Shown here: one piece after another, positions 13,001 through 26,040 of the stretch
How the letters are laid out: every line of letters begins with the position of its first letter
How positions within the stretch are numbered: position 1 is the first letter of the stretch
NCBI GenBank assembly: GCA_964016885.1
Contig: OZ024741.1
Span: forward strand, 210,800,001-210,864,000
DNA from: Eledone cirrhosa
Taxonomy: Eukaryota
DNA length: 64,000 nucleotides
Reading direction: 5' to 3'
Translations under genes and position numbers: made by a program
Notes under the pieces: model-generated
Databases searched by the model: none
Told to the model about the DNA's origin: nothing
What the model saw: the letters and a program-made list of their open reading frames with translations, nothing else

Positions 13001-16000
13001 ATCTCAGCCACAGTCCACCTATCTCAGCCACAGTCCACCTATCTCACCCTCAGTCCACTGTCTCAGCCACAGTCCACCTATCTCAGCCTCAGTCCACTGT
13101 CTCAGCCTCAGTCCACTGTCTCAGCCTCAGTCCACCTATCTCAGCCTCAGTCCACTGTCTCAGCCTCAGTCCACTGTCTCAGCCTCAGTCCACCTATCTC
13201 AGCCACAGTCCACTGTCTCACCCTCAGTCCACCGTCTCAGCCACAGTCCACTGTCTCAGCCACAGTCCACTGTCTCAGCCACAGTCCACTGTCTCAGCCA
13301 CAGTCCACTGTCTCAGCCTCAGTTCACCTATCTCAACCACAGTCCACTGTCTCAGCCTCAGTTCACCTATCTCAACCACAGTCCACTGTCTCAGCCTCAG
13401 TCCACTGTCTCAGCCTCAGTTCACCTATCTCAACCACAGTCCACTGTCTCAGCCTCAGTCCACTGTCTCAGCCACAGTCCACTGTCTCAGCCACAGTCCA
13501 CTGTCTCAGCCTCAGTCCACTGTCTCAGCCACAGTCCACTGTCTCAGTCTCAGTCCACTGTCTCAGCCTCAGTCCACCTATCTCAGCCACAGTCCACTGT
13601 CTCAACCACAGTCCACTGTCTCAGCCTCAGTTCACCTATCTCAACCACAGTCCACTGTCTCAGCCTCAGTCCACTGTCTCAGCCACAGTCCACTGTCTCA
13701 GCCTCAGTCCACTGTCTCAGCCACAGTCCACCTATCTCAGCCACAGTCCACTGTCTCAGCCACAGTCCACCTATCTCAGCCACAGTCCACTGTCTCAGCC
13801 ACAGTCCACCTATCTCAACCACAGTCCACTGTCTCAGCCTCAGTTCACCTATCTCAGCCACAGTCCACTGTCTCAGCCTCAGTCCACTGTCTCAGCCACA
13901 GTCCACCTATCTCAACCACAGTCCACTGTCTCAGCCACAGTCCACCTATCTCAGCCACAGTCCACCTATCTCAGCCACAGTCCACCTATCTCAGCCACAG
14001 TCCACCTATCTCAGCCACAGTCCACCTATCTCAGCCACAGTCCACTGTCTCAGCCACAGTCCACCTATCTCAGTCTCAGTCCACTGTCTCAGCCACAGTC
14101 CACTGTCTCAGTCTCAGTCCACCTATCTCAGTCTCAGTCCACTGTCTCAGCCACAGTCCACCTATCTCAGCCACAGTCCACTGTCTCAGTCTCAGTCCAC
14201 CTATCTCAGTCTCAGTCCACTGTCTCAGCCACAGTCCACTGTCTCAGTCTCAGTCCACCTCTCTCAGCCACAGTCCACTGTCTCAGCCTCAGTCCACTGT
14301 CTCAGCCACAGTCCACTGTCTCAGCCTCAGTCCACTGTCTCAGCCTCAGTCCACCTATCTCAACCACAGTCCACTGTCTCAGCCTCAGTCCACTGTCTCA
14401 GCCTCAATCCACTGTCTCAGCCTCAGTCCACCTATCTCAACCACAGTCCACTGTCTCAGCCTCAGTCCACTGTCTCAGCCACAGTCCACTGTCTCAGCCT
14501 CAGTCCACTGTCTCAGCCTCAGTCCACTGTCTCAGTCTCAGTCCACCTATCTCAGCCACAGTCCACTGTCTCAGCCACAGTCCACCTATCTCAGCCACAG
14601 TCCACTGTCTCAGCCACAGTCCACTGTCTCAACCACAGTCCACTGTCTCAGCCTCAGTTCACCTATCTCAACCACAGTCCACTGTCTCAGCCTCAGTCCA
14701 CTGTCTCAGCCACAGTCCACTGTCTCAGCCTCAGTCCACTGTCTCAGCCACAGTCCACCTATCTCAGCCACAGTCCACTGTCTCAGCCACAGTCCACCTA
14801 TCTCAGCCACAGTCCACTGTCTCAGCCACAGTCCACCTATCTCAACCACAGTCCACTGTCTCAGCCTCAGTTCACCTATCTCAGCCACAGTCCACTGTCT
14901 CAGCCACAGTCCACCTATCTCAGCCACAGTCCACCTATCTCAGCCACAGTCCACTGTCTCAGCCACAGTCCACCTATCTCAGCCACAGTCCACCTATCTC
15001 AGCCACAGTCCACTGTCTCAGCCACAGTCCACCTATCTCAGTCTCAGTCCACTGTCTCAGCCACAGTCCACCTATCTCAGTCTCAGTCCACTGTCTCAGC
15101 CACAGTCCACTGTCTCAGTCTCAGTCCACCTATCTCAGTCTCAGTCCACTGTCACAGCCACAGTCCACTGTCTCAGTCTCAGTCCACCTATCTCAGTCTC
15201 AGTCCACTGTCTCAGCCACAGTCCACCTATCTCAGCCACAGTCCACTGTCTCAGTCTCAGTCCACCTATCTCAGTCTCAGTCCACTGTCTCAGCCACAGT
15301 CCACTGTCTCAGTCTCAGTCCACCTATCTCAGCCACTGTCCACTGTCTCAGCCTCAGTCCACTGTCTCAGCCACAGTCCACTGTCTCAGCCTCAGTCCAC
15401 TGTCTCAGCCTCAGTCCACCTATCTCAACCACAGTCCACTGTCTCAGCCTCAGTTCACCTATCTCAGCCACAGTCCACTGTCTCAGCCTCAGTCCACTGT
15501 CTCAGCCACAGTCCACTGTCTCAGCCTCAGTCCACTGTCTCAGCCTCAGTCCACCTATCTCAACCACAGTCCACTGTCTCAGCCACAGTCCACCTATCTC
15601 AGCCACAGTCCACTGTCTCAGCCTCAGTCCACTGTCTCAGCCACAGTCCACCTATCTCAGCCACAGTCCACTGTCTCAGCCACAGTCCACTGTCTCAGTC
15701 TCAGTCCACCTATCTCAGCCACAGTCCACTGTCTCAGCCACAGTCCACCTATCTCAGCCACAGTCCACCTATCTCAGCCACAGTCCACTGTCTCAGCCAC
15801 AGTCCACCTATCTCAGTCTCAGTCCACTGTCTCAGCCACAGTCCACTGTCTCAGTCTCAGTCCACCTATCTCAGCCACAGTCCACTGTCTCAGCCACAGT
15901 CCACCTATCTCAGCCACAGTCCACTGTCTCAGCCACATTCCACCTATCTCAGTCTCAGTCCACTGTCTCAGCCACAGTCCACTGTCTCAGTCTCAGTCCA

Positions 16001-16850
16001 CCTATCTCAGCCACAGTCCACTGTCTCAGCCACAGTCCACCTATCTCAGCCACAGTCCACCTATCTCAGCCACAGTCCACCTATCTCACCCTCAGTCCAC
16101 TGTCTCAGCCACAGTCCACCTATCTCAGCCTCAGTCCACTGTCTCAGCCTCAGTCCACTGTCTCAGCCTCAGTCCACCTATCTCAGCCTCAGTCCACTGT
16201 CTCAGCCTCAGTCCACTGTCTCAGCCTCAGTCCACCTATCTCAGCCACAGTCCACTGTCTCACCCTCAGTCCACCGTCTCAGCCACAGTCCACTGTCTCA
16301 GCCACAGTCCACTGTCTCAGCCACAGTCCACTGTCTCAGCCACAGTCCACTGTCTCAGCCTCAGTTCACCTATCTCAACCACAGTCCACTGTCTCAGCCT
16401 CAGTTCACCTATCTCAACCACAGTCCACTGTCTCAGCCTCAGTCCACTGTCTCAGCCTCAGTTCACCTATCTCAACCACAGTCCACTGTCTCAGCCTCAG
16501 TCCACTGTCTCAGCCACAGTCCACTGTCTCAGCCACAGTCCACTGTCTCAGCCTCAGTCCACTGTCTCAGCCACAGTCCACTGTCTCAGTCTCAGTCCAC
16601 TGTCTCAGCCTCAGTCCACCTATCTCAGCCACAGTCCACTGTCTCAACCACAGTCCACTGTCTCAGCCTCAGTTCACCTATCTCAACCACAGTCCACTGT
16701 CTCAGCCTCAGTCCACTGTCTCAGCCACAGTCCACTGTCTCAGCCTCAGTCCACTGTCTCAGCCACAGTCCACCTATCTCAGCCACAGTCCACTGTCTCA
16801 GCCACAGTCCACCTATCTCAGCCACAGTCCACTGTCTCAGCCACAGTCCA
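10100..16850 (+). repeat. Three copies of a ~1.7-2 kb cassette (offsets 1976 and 3042 bp)
   Basis: Markers CCACTGTCCAC 10315/12291/15333, CCACATTCC 10915/12891/15933, CTCACCC 11241/13217/16259. Confidence 0.85.
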
Positions 16851-19800
16851 CCTATCTCAGCCACAGTCCACCTATCTCAGCCACAGTCCACTGTCTCAGC
16901 CACAGTCCACCTATCTCAGTCTCAGTCCACTGTCTCAGCCACAGTCCACTGTCTCAGTCTCAGTACACCTATCTCAGTCTCAGTCCACTGTCACAGCCAC
17001 AGTCCACTGTCTCAGTCTCAGTCCACCTATCTCAGTCTCAGTCCACTGTCTCAGCCACAGTCCACCTATCTCAGCCACAGTCCACTGTCTCAGTCTCAGT
17101 CCACTGTCTCAGCCTCAGTCCACCTATCTCAACCACAGTCCACTGTCTCAGCCTCAGTTCACCTATCTCAGCCACAGTCCACTGTCTCAGCCTCAGTCCA
17201 CTGTCTCAGCCACAGTCCACTGTCTCAGCCTCAGTCCACTGTCTCAGCCTCAGTCCACCTATCTCAACCACAGTCCACTGTCTCAGCCTCAGTCCACTCT
17301 CTCAGCCACAGTCCACTTATCTCAGTCTCAGTCCACTGTCTCAGCCACAGTCCACTGTCTCAGCCTCAGTCCACCTATCTCAGCCACAGTCCACTTATCT
17401 CAGTCTCAGTCCACTGTCTCATCCTCAGTCAACCTATCTCAGCCACAGTCCACTGTCTCAGGCTCAGTCCACCTATCTCAGTCTCAGTCCACCTATCTCA
17501 GCTTCAGTCCACCTATCTCAGCCGCAGTCCACCTATCTCAGCCTCAGTCCACTGTCTCAGTCTCAGTCCACTGTCTCAGCCACAGTCCACTGTCTCAGCC
17601 ACAGTCCACCTATCTCAGCCTCAGTCCACTGTCTCAGTCTCAGTCCACTGTCTCAGCCACAGTCCACCTATCTCAGCCACAGTCCACCTATCTCAGCCAC
17701 AGACCACTTATCTCAGTCTCAGTCCACCTATCTCAGTCTCAGTCCACTGTCTCAGCCTCAGTCCACCTATCTCAGTCACAGTCCACCTATCTCAGTCTCA
17801 GTCCACTGTCTCAGCCACAGACCACTTATCTCAGTCTCAGTCCACCTATCTCAGTCTCAGTCCACCTATCTCAGCCTCAGTCCACCTATCTCAGCCACAG
17901 TCCACCTATCTCAGCCACAGTCCACTGTCTCATCCTCAGTCAACCTATCTCAGCCACAGTCCACAGTCTCAGCCTCAGTCCACCTATCTCAGCCACAGTC
18001 TCACTGTCTCAGCCTCAGTCCACTCTCTCAGCCACAGTCCACTTATCTCAGTCTCAGTCCACTGTCTCAGCCACAGTCCACTGTCTCAGCCAGAGTCCAC
18101 TTATCTCAGTCTCAGTCCACTGTCTCATCCTCAGTCAACCTATCTCAGCCACAGTCCACTGTCTCAGCATCAGTCCACTGTCTCAGCCACAGTCCACAGT
18201 CTCAGCCTCAGTCCACCTATCTCAGTCTCAGTCCACCTATCTCAGTCTCAGTCCACCTATCTCAGCTTCAGTCCACCTATCTCAGCCTCAGTCCACTGTC
18301 TCAGTCTCAGTCCACTGTCTCAGCCACAGTCCACTGTCTCAGCCACAGTCCACCTATCTCAGCCTCAGTCCACTGTCTCAGTCTCAGTCCACTGTCTCAG
18401 CCACAGTCCACCTATCTCAGCCACAGTCCACCTATCTCAGCCACAGACCACTTATCTCAGTCTCAGTCCACCTATCTCAGTCTCAGTCCACTGTCTCAGC
18501 CTCAGTCCACCTATCTCAGTCACAGTCCACCTATCTCAGTCTCAGTCCACTGTCTCAGCCACAGACCGCTTATCTCAGTCTCAGTCCACCTATCTCAGCC
18601 TCAGTCCACCTATCTCAGCCACAGTCCACCTATCTCAGCCACAGTCCACTGTCTCATCCTCAGTCCACCTATCTCAGTCTCAGTCCACTGTCTCAGCCAC
18701 AGTCCACTGTCTCAGTCTCAGTCCACTGTCTCAGCCTCAGTCCACTGTCTCAGCCTCAGTCCACTGTCTCAGTCTCAGTCCACCTATCTCAGTCTCAGTC
18801 CACCTATCTCAGCCACAGTCCACTGCCTCAGCCACAGTCCACTGTCTCAGGCTCAGTCCACCTATCTCAGTCTCAGGCCACTGTCTCAGCCACAGTCCAC
18901 TGTCTCAGCCTCAGTCCACTGTCTCAGCCTCAGTCCACCTATCTCAACCACAGTCCACTGTCTCAGCCACAGTCCACTGTCTCTGCCTCAGTCCACTGTC
19001 TCAGTCTCAGTCCACTGTCTCAACCACAGTCCACTGTCTCAGCCACAGTCCACTGTCTCAGCCTCAGTACACCTATCTCTGCCACAGTCCACTGTCTCAG
19101 CCTCAGTCCACTGTCTCAGCCTCAGTCCACTGTCTCAGCCTCAGTCCACTCTCTCAGCCACAGTCCACTTATCTCAGTCTCAGTCCACTGTCTCAGCCAC
19201 AGTCCACTGTCTCAGCCTCAGTCCACCTATCTCAGCCACAGTCCACTTATCTCAGTCTCAGTCCACTGTCTCATCCTCAGTCAACCTATCTCAGCCACAG
19301 TCCACTGTCTCAGGCTCAGTCCACCTATCTCAGTCTCAGTCCACCTATCTCAGCTTCAGTCCACCTATCTCAGCCGCAGTCCACCTATCTCAGCCTCAGT
19401 CCACTGTCTCAGTCTCAGTCCACTGTCTCAGCCACAGTCCACTGTCTCATCCTCAGTCAACCTATCTCAGCCACAGTCCACAGTCTCAGCCTCAGTCCAC
19501 CTATCTCAGCCACAGTCTCACTGTCTCAGCCTCAGTCCACTCTCTCAGCCACAGTCCACTTATCTCAGTCTCAGTCCACTGTCTCAGCCACAGTCCACTG
19601 TCTCAGCCTCAGTCCACCTATCTCAGCCACAGTCCACTTATCTCAGTCTCAGTCCACTGTCTCATCCTCAGTCAACCTATCTCAGCCACAGTCCACTGTC
19701 TCAGCCTCAGTCCACTGTCTCAGCCACAGTCCACAGTCTCAGCCTCAGTCCACCTATCTCAGTCTCAGTCCACCTATCTCAGTCTCAGTCCACCTATCTC

Positions 19801-20269
19801 AGCTTCAGTCCACCTATCTCAGCCACAGTCCACCTATCTCAGCCTCAGTCCACTGTCTCAGTCTCAGTCCACTGTCTCAGCCACAGTCCACTGTCTCAGC
19901 CACAGTCCACCTATCTCAGCCTCAGTCCACTGTCTCAGTCTCAGTCCACTGTCTCAGCCACAGTCCACCTATCTCAGCCACAGTCCACCTATCTCAGCCA
20001 CAGACCACTTATCTCAGTCTCAGTACACCTATCTCAGTCTCAGTCCACTGTCTCAGCCTCAGTCCACCTACCTCAGTCACAGTCCACCTATCTCAGTCTC
20101 AGTCCACTGTCTCAGCCACAGACCGCTTATCTCAGTCTCAGTCCACCTATCTCAGCCTCAGTCCACCTATCTCAGCCACAGTCCACCTATCTCAGCCACA
20201 GTCCACTGTCTCATCCTCAGTCAACCTATCTCAGCCACAGTCCACAGTCTCAGCCTCAGTCCACCTATC

Positions 20270-23200
20270 TCAGTCTCAGTCCACCTACCTCAGCCTCAGT
20301 CCACCTATCTCAGCCACAGTCCACTTATCTCAGTCTCAGTCCACTGTCTCATCCTCAGTCAACCTATCTCAGCCACAGTACACTGTCTCAGCCTCAGTCC
20401 ACTGTCTCAGCCACAGTCCACAGTCTCAGCCTCAGTCCACCTATCTCAGTCTCAGTCCACCTATCTCAGTCTCAGTCCACCTATCTCAGCTTCAGTCCAC
20501 CTATCTCAGCCACAGTCCACCTATCTCAGCCTCAGTCCACTGTCTCAGTCTCAGTCCACTGTCTCAGCCACAGTCCACTGTCTCAGCCACAGTCCAACTA
20601 TCTCAGCCTCAGTCCACTGTCTCAGTCTCAGTCCACTGTCTCAGCCACAGTCCACCTATCTCAGCCACAGTCCACCTATCTCAGCCACAGACCACTTATC
20701 TCAGTCACAGTCCACCTATCTCAGTCTCAGTCCACTGTCTCAGCCACAGACCGCTTATCTCAGTCTCAGTCCACCTATCTCAGCCTCAGTCCACCTATCT
20801 CAGCCACAGTCCACCTATCTCAGCCACAGTCCACTGTCTCATCCTCAGTCAACCTATCTCAGCCACAGTCCACAGTCTCAGCCTCAGTCCACCGATCTCA
20901 GTCTCAGTCCACCTACCTCAGCCTCAGTCCACCTATCTCAGCCATAGTCCACCTATCTCAGCCACAGTCCACTGTCTCATCCTCAGTCAACCTATCTCAG
21001 CCACAGTCCACAGTCTCAGCCTCAGTCCACTGTCTCAGTCTCAGTCCACTGTCTCAGCCACAGTCCACTGTCTCAGCCTCAGTACACCTATCTCAGCCAC
21101 AGTCCACTGTCTCAGCCTCAGTACACCTATCTCAGTCTCAGTCCACTGTCTCAGCCACAGTCCACTGTCTCAGCCACAATCCACCTAACTCAGCCAGAGT
21201 CCACTGTCTCAGCCACAGTCCACTGTCTCAGCCTCAGTCCACTGTGTCAGCCTCAGTCCACCTATCTCAGCCACAGTCTACCTATCTCAGCCACAGTCCA
21301 CTGTCTCAGCCTCAGTCCACCTATCTCAGCCACAGTCCACCTATCTCAGTCTCAGTCCACCTACCTCAGCCTCAGTCCACCTATCTCAGCCACAGTCCAC
21401 GTATCTCAGCCACAGTCCACTATCTCAGCCTCAGTCCACTGTCTCAGTCTCAGTTCACAGTCTCAGCCACAGTCCACTGTCTCAGCCACAGTCCACCTAT
21501 CTCAGCCACAGTCCACTGTCTCAGCCTCAGTCCACCTATCTCAGCCACAGTCCACCTATCTCAGCCACAGTCCACTGTCTCAGCCTCAGTCCACCTATCT
21601 CAGCCACAGTCCACCTATCTCAGCCACAGTCCACTGTCTCAGCCACAGTCCATTGTCTCAGCCTCAGTCCACTGTCTCAGCCTCAGTACACCTATCTCAG
21701 CCACAGTCCACTGTCTCAGCCTCAGTCCACCTATCTCAGCCACAGTCCACCTATCTCAGCCACAGTCCACTGTCTCAGCCACAGTCCACTGTCTCAGCCT
21801 CAGTCCACTGTCTCAGCCTCAGTCCACCTATCTCAGCCACAGTCCACTGTCTCAGCCACAGTCCACTGTCTCAGCCTCAGTTCACAGTCTCAGCCACAGT
21901 CCACTGTCTCAGCTACAGTCCACTGTCCGAGCCACAGTCCATTGTCTCAGCCTCAGTCCACTGTCTCAGCCTCAGTCCACTGTCTCAGCCTCAGTCCACT
22001 GTCTCAGCCTCAGTCCACTGTCTCAGCCTCAGTCCACTGTCTCAGCCTCAGTCCACCTATCTCAGCCACAGTTCACCTATCTCAGCCACAGTCCACTGTC
22101 TCAGCCTCAGTCCACCTATCTCAGCCACAGTCCACCTATCTCAGCCACAGTCCACTGTCTCAGCCACAGTCCATTGTCTCAGCCTCAGTCCACTGTCTCA
22201 TCCTCAGTACACCTATCTCAGCCACAGTCCACTGTCTCAGCCTCAGTCCACCTATCTCAGCCACAGTCCACCTATCTCAGCCACAGTCCACTGTCTCAGC
22301 CACAGTCCATTGTCTCAGCCTCAGTCCACCGTCTCAGCCTCAGTACACCTATCTCAGCCACAGTCCACTGTCTCAGCCACAATCCACCTATCTCAGCCAG
22401 AGTCCACCGTCTCAGCCACAGTCCACTGTCTCAGCCACAGTCCACTGTCTCAGTCTCATTCCACTGTCTCAGCCTCAGTCCACCTATCTCAGTCTCAGTC
22501 CACTGTCTCTGCCTCAGTCCACCTATCTCAGTCACAGTCCACTGTCTCAGCCACAGTCCACTGTCTCAGCCACAGTCCACCTATCTCAGCCACAGTCCAC
22601 CTATCTCAGCCACAGTCCACTTATCTCAGTCTCAGTCCACTGTCTCAGCCACAGTCCACTGTCTCAGTCTCAGTCCACTGTCTCAGCCTCAGTCCACTGT
22701 CTCAGCCTCAGTCCACTGTCTTAGCCTCAGTCCACCTATCTCAGTCTCAGTTCACTGTCTCAGCCACAGTCCACTGTCTCTATCTCGGTCCACCTATCTC
22801 AGCCACAGTCCACTGTCTCAGCCACAGTCCACTGTCTCAGCCACAGTCCACTGTCTCAGCTACAGTCCACTGTCTCAGCCACAGTCCACTGTCTCAGCCT
22901 CAGTCCACTGTCTCAGCCACAGTCCACTTATCTCAGCCTCAGTCCACTGTCTCAGTCTCAGTCCACCTATCTCAGCCACAGTCCACTTATCTCAGCCACA
23001 GTCCACTGTCTTAGCCTCAGTCCACTGTCTCAGCCACAGTCCACTGTCTCAGCCACAGACCACTTATCTCAGTCTCAGTCCACCTATCTCAGCCACAGTC
23101 CACTTATCTCAGTCTCAGTCCACTGTCTCAGCCACAGTCCACTGTCTCATCCTCAGTCCACCTATCTCAGCCACAGTCCACAGTCTCAGCCTCAGTCCAC

Positions 23201-26040
23201 CTACCTCAGCCTCAGTCCACCTATCTCAGTCTCAGTCCACCTACCTCAGCCTCAGTCCACCTATCTCAGCCACAGTCCACTTATCTCAGTCTCAGTCCAC
23301 TGTCTCATCCTCAGTCAACCTATCTCAGCCACAGTACACTGTCTCAGCCTCAGTCCACTGTCTCAGCCACAGTCCACAGTCTCAGCCTCAGTCCACCTAT
23401 CTCAGTCTCAGTCCACCTATCTCAGTCTCAGTCCACCTATCTCAGCTTCAGTCCACCTATCTCAGCCACAGTCCACCTATCTCAGCCTCAGTCCACTGTC
23501 TCAGTCTCAGTCCACTGTCTCAGCCACAGTCCACTGTCTCAGCCACAGTCCAACTATCTCAGCCTCAGTCCACTGTCTCAGTCTCAGTCCACTGTCTCAG
23601 CCACAGTCCACCTATCTCAGCCACAGTCCACCTATCTCAGCCACAGACCACTTATCTCAGTCACAGTCCACCTATCTCAGTCTCAGTCCACTGTCTCAGC
23701 CACAGACCGCTTATCTCAGTCTCAGTCCACCTATCTCAGCCTCAGTCCACCTATCTCAGCCACAGTCCACCTATCTCAGCCACAGTCCACTGTCTCATCC
23801 TCAGTCAACCTATCTCAGCCACAGTCCACAGTCTCAGCCTCAGTCCACCTATCTCAGTCTCAGTCCACCTACCTCAGCCTCAGTCCACCTATCTCAGCCA
23901 TAGTCCACCTATCTCAGCCACAGTCCACTGTCTCATCCTCAGTCAACCTATCTCAGCCACAGTCCACAGTCTCAGCCTCAGTCCACTGTCTCAGTCTCAG
24001 TCCACTGTCTCAGCCACAGTCCACTGTCTCAGCCTCAGTACACCTATCTCAGCCACAGTCCACTGTCTCAGCCTCAGTACACCTATCTCAGTCTCAGTCC
24101 ACTGTCTCAGCCACAGTCCACTGTCTCAGCCACAATCCACCTAACTCAGCCAGAGTCCACTGTCTCAGCCACAGTCCACTGTCTCAGCCTCAGTCCACTG
24201 TGTCAGCCTCAGTCCACCTATCTCAGCCACAGTCCACCTATCTCAGCCACAGTCCACTGTCTCAGCCTCAGTCCACCTATCTCAGCCACAGTCCACCTAT
24301 CTCAGTCTCAGTCCACCTACCTCAGCCTCAGTCCACCTATCTCAGCCACAGTCCACGTATCTCAGCCACAGTCCACTATCTCAGCCTCAGTCCACTGTCT
24401 CAGTCTCAGTTCACAGTCTCAGCCACAGTCCACTGTCTCAGCCACAGTCCACCTATCTCAGCCACAGTCCACTGTCTCAGCCTCAGTCCACCTATCTCAG
24501 CCACAGTCCACCTATCTCAGCCACAGTCCACTGTCTCAGCCTCAGTCCACCTATCTCAGCCACAGTCCACCTATCTCAGCCACAGTCCACTGTCTCAGCC
24601 ACAGTCCATTGTCTCAGCCTCAGTCCACTGTCTCAGCCTCAGTACACCTATCTCAGCCACAGTCCACTGTCTCAGCCTCAGTCCACCTATCTCAGCCACA
24701 GTCCACCTATCTCAGCCACAGTCCACTGTCTCAGCCACAGTCCACTGTCTCAGCCTCAGTCCACTGTCTCAGCCTCAGTCCACCTATCTCAGCCACAGTC
24801 CACTGTCTCAGCCACAGTCCACTGTCTCAGCCTCAGTTCACTGTCTCAGCCACAGTCCACTGTCTCAGCTACAGTCCACTGTCCGAGCCACAGTCCATTG
24901 TCTCAGCCTCAGTCCACTGTCTCAGCCTCAGTCCACTGTCTCAGCCTCAGTCCACTGTCTCAGCCTCAGTCCACTGTCTCAGCCTCAGTCCACTGTCTCA
25001 GCCTCAGTCCACCTATCTCAGCCACAGTTCACCTATCTCAGCCACAGTCCACTGTCTCAGCCTCAGTCCACCTATCTCAGCCACAGTCCACCTATCTCAG
25101 CCACAGTCCACTGTCTCAGCCACAGTCCATTGTCTCAGCCTCAGTCCACTGTCTCATCCTCAGTACACCTATCTCAGCCACAGTCCACTGTCTCAGCCAC
25201 AATCCACCTATCTCAGCCAGAGTCCACCGTCTCAGCCACAGTCCACTGTCTCAGCCACAGTCCACTGTCTCAGTCTCATTCCACTGTCTCAGCCTCAGTC
25301 CACCTATCTCAGTCTCAGTCCACTGTCTCTGCCTCAGTCCACCTATCTCAGTCACAGTCCACTGTCTCAGCCACAGTCCACTGTCTCAGCCACAGTCCAC
25401 CTATCTCAGCCACAGTCCACCTATCTCAGCCACAGTCCACTTATCTCAGTCTCAGTCCACTGTCTCAGCCACAGTCCACTGTCTCAGTCTCAGTCCACTG
25501 TCTCAGCCTCAGTCCACTGTCTCAGCCTCAGTCCACTGTCTTAGCCTCAGTCCACCTATCTCAGTCTCAGTTCACTGTCTCAGCCACAGTCCACTGTCTC
25601 TATCTCGGTCCACCTATCTCAGCCACAGTCCACTGTCTCAGCCACAGTCCACTGTCTCAGCCACAGTCCACTGTCTCAGCTACAGTCCACTGTCTCAGCC
25701 ACAGTCCACTGTCTCAGCCTCAGTCCACTGTCTCAGCCACAGTCCACTTATCTCAGCCTCAGTCCACTGTCTCAGTCTCAGTCCACCTATCTCAGCCACA
25801 GTCCACTTATCTCAGCCACAGTCCACTGTCTCAGCCTCAGTCCACTGTCTCAGCCACAGTCCACTGTCTCAGCCTCAGACCACTTATCTCAGTCTCAGTC
25901 CACCTATCTCAGCCACAGTCCACTTATCTCAGTCTCAGTCCACTGTCTCAGCCACAGTCCACTGTCTCATTTTCAGTCCACCTATCTCAGCCACAGTCCA
26001 CAGTCTCAGCCTCAGTCCACCTACCTCAGCCTCAGTCCAC
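20270..26040 (+). repeat. Tandem duplication, 2956-bp offset (2820 after a 136-bp difference)
   Basis: Markers CCAACTA 20594/23550, AATCCACCTAACT 21178/24134, TCCGAG ~21926/~24882, TATCTCGG 22781/25601. Confidence 0.85.

Larger units (their letters stand above)
1..17280 (+). repeat. Array domain A (19-mer-rich subfamily)
   Basis: Diagnostic variants GTTCACCTA-TCTCAACCACAG and CTCACCCTCAGTCCACCG (131, 669, 1557, 2909, 3447, 4160, 5706, 11241, 13217, 16259). I saw no CACTTA tails or CATCCTCAGTCAAC units here. Confidence 0.9.

Noticed and set aside
1131-14927. Repeated 60-73 aa minus-strand ORFs (MAEIGGLWLRQWTV...)
   Set aside because: They arise where alternating 19+20 bp units (39 bp, 13 codons) keep TGA out of frame. 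They are copies of the HOR cassette, not genes.
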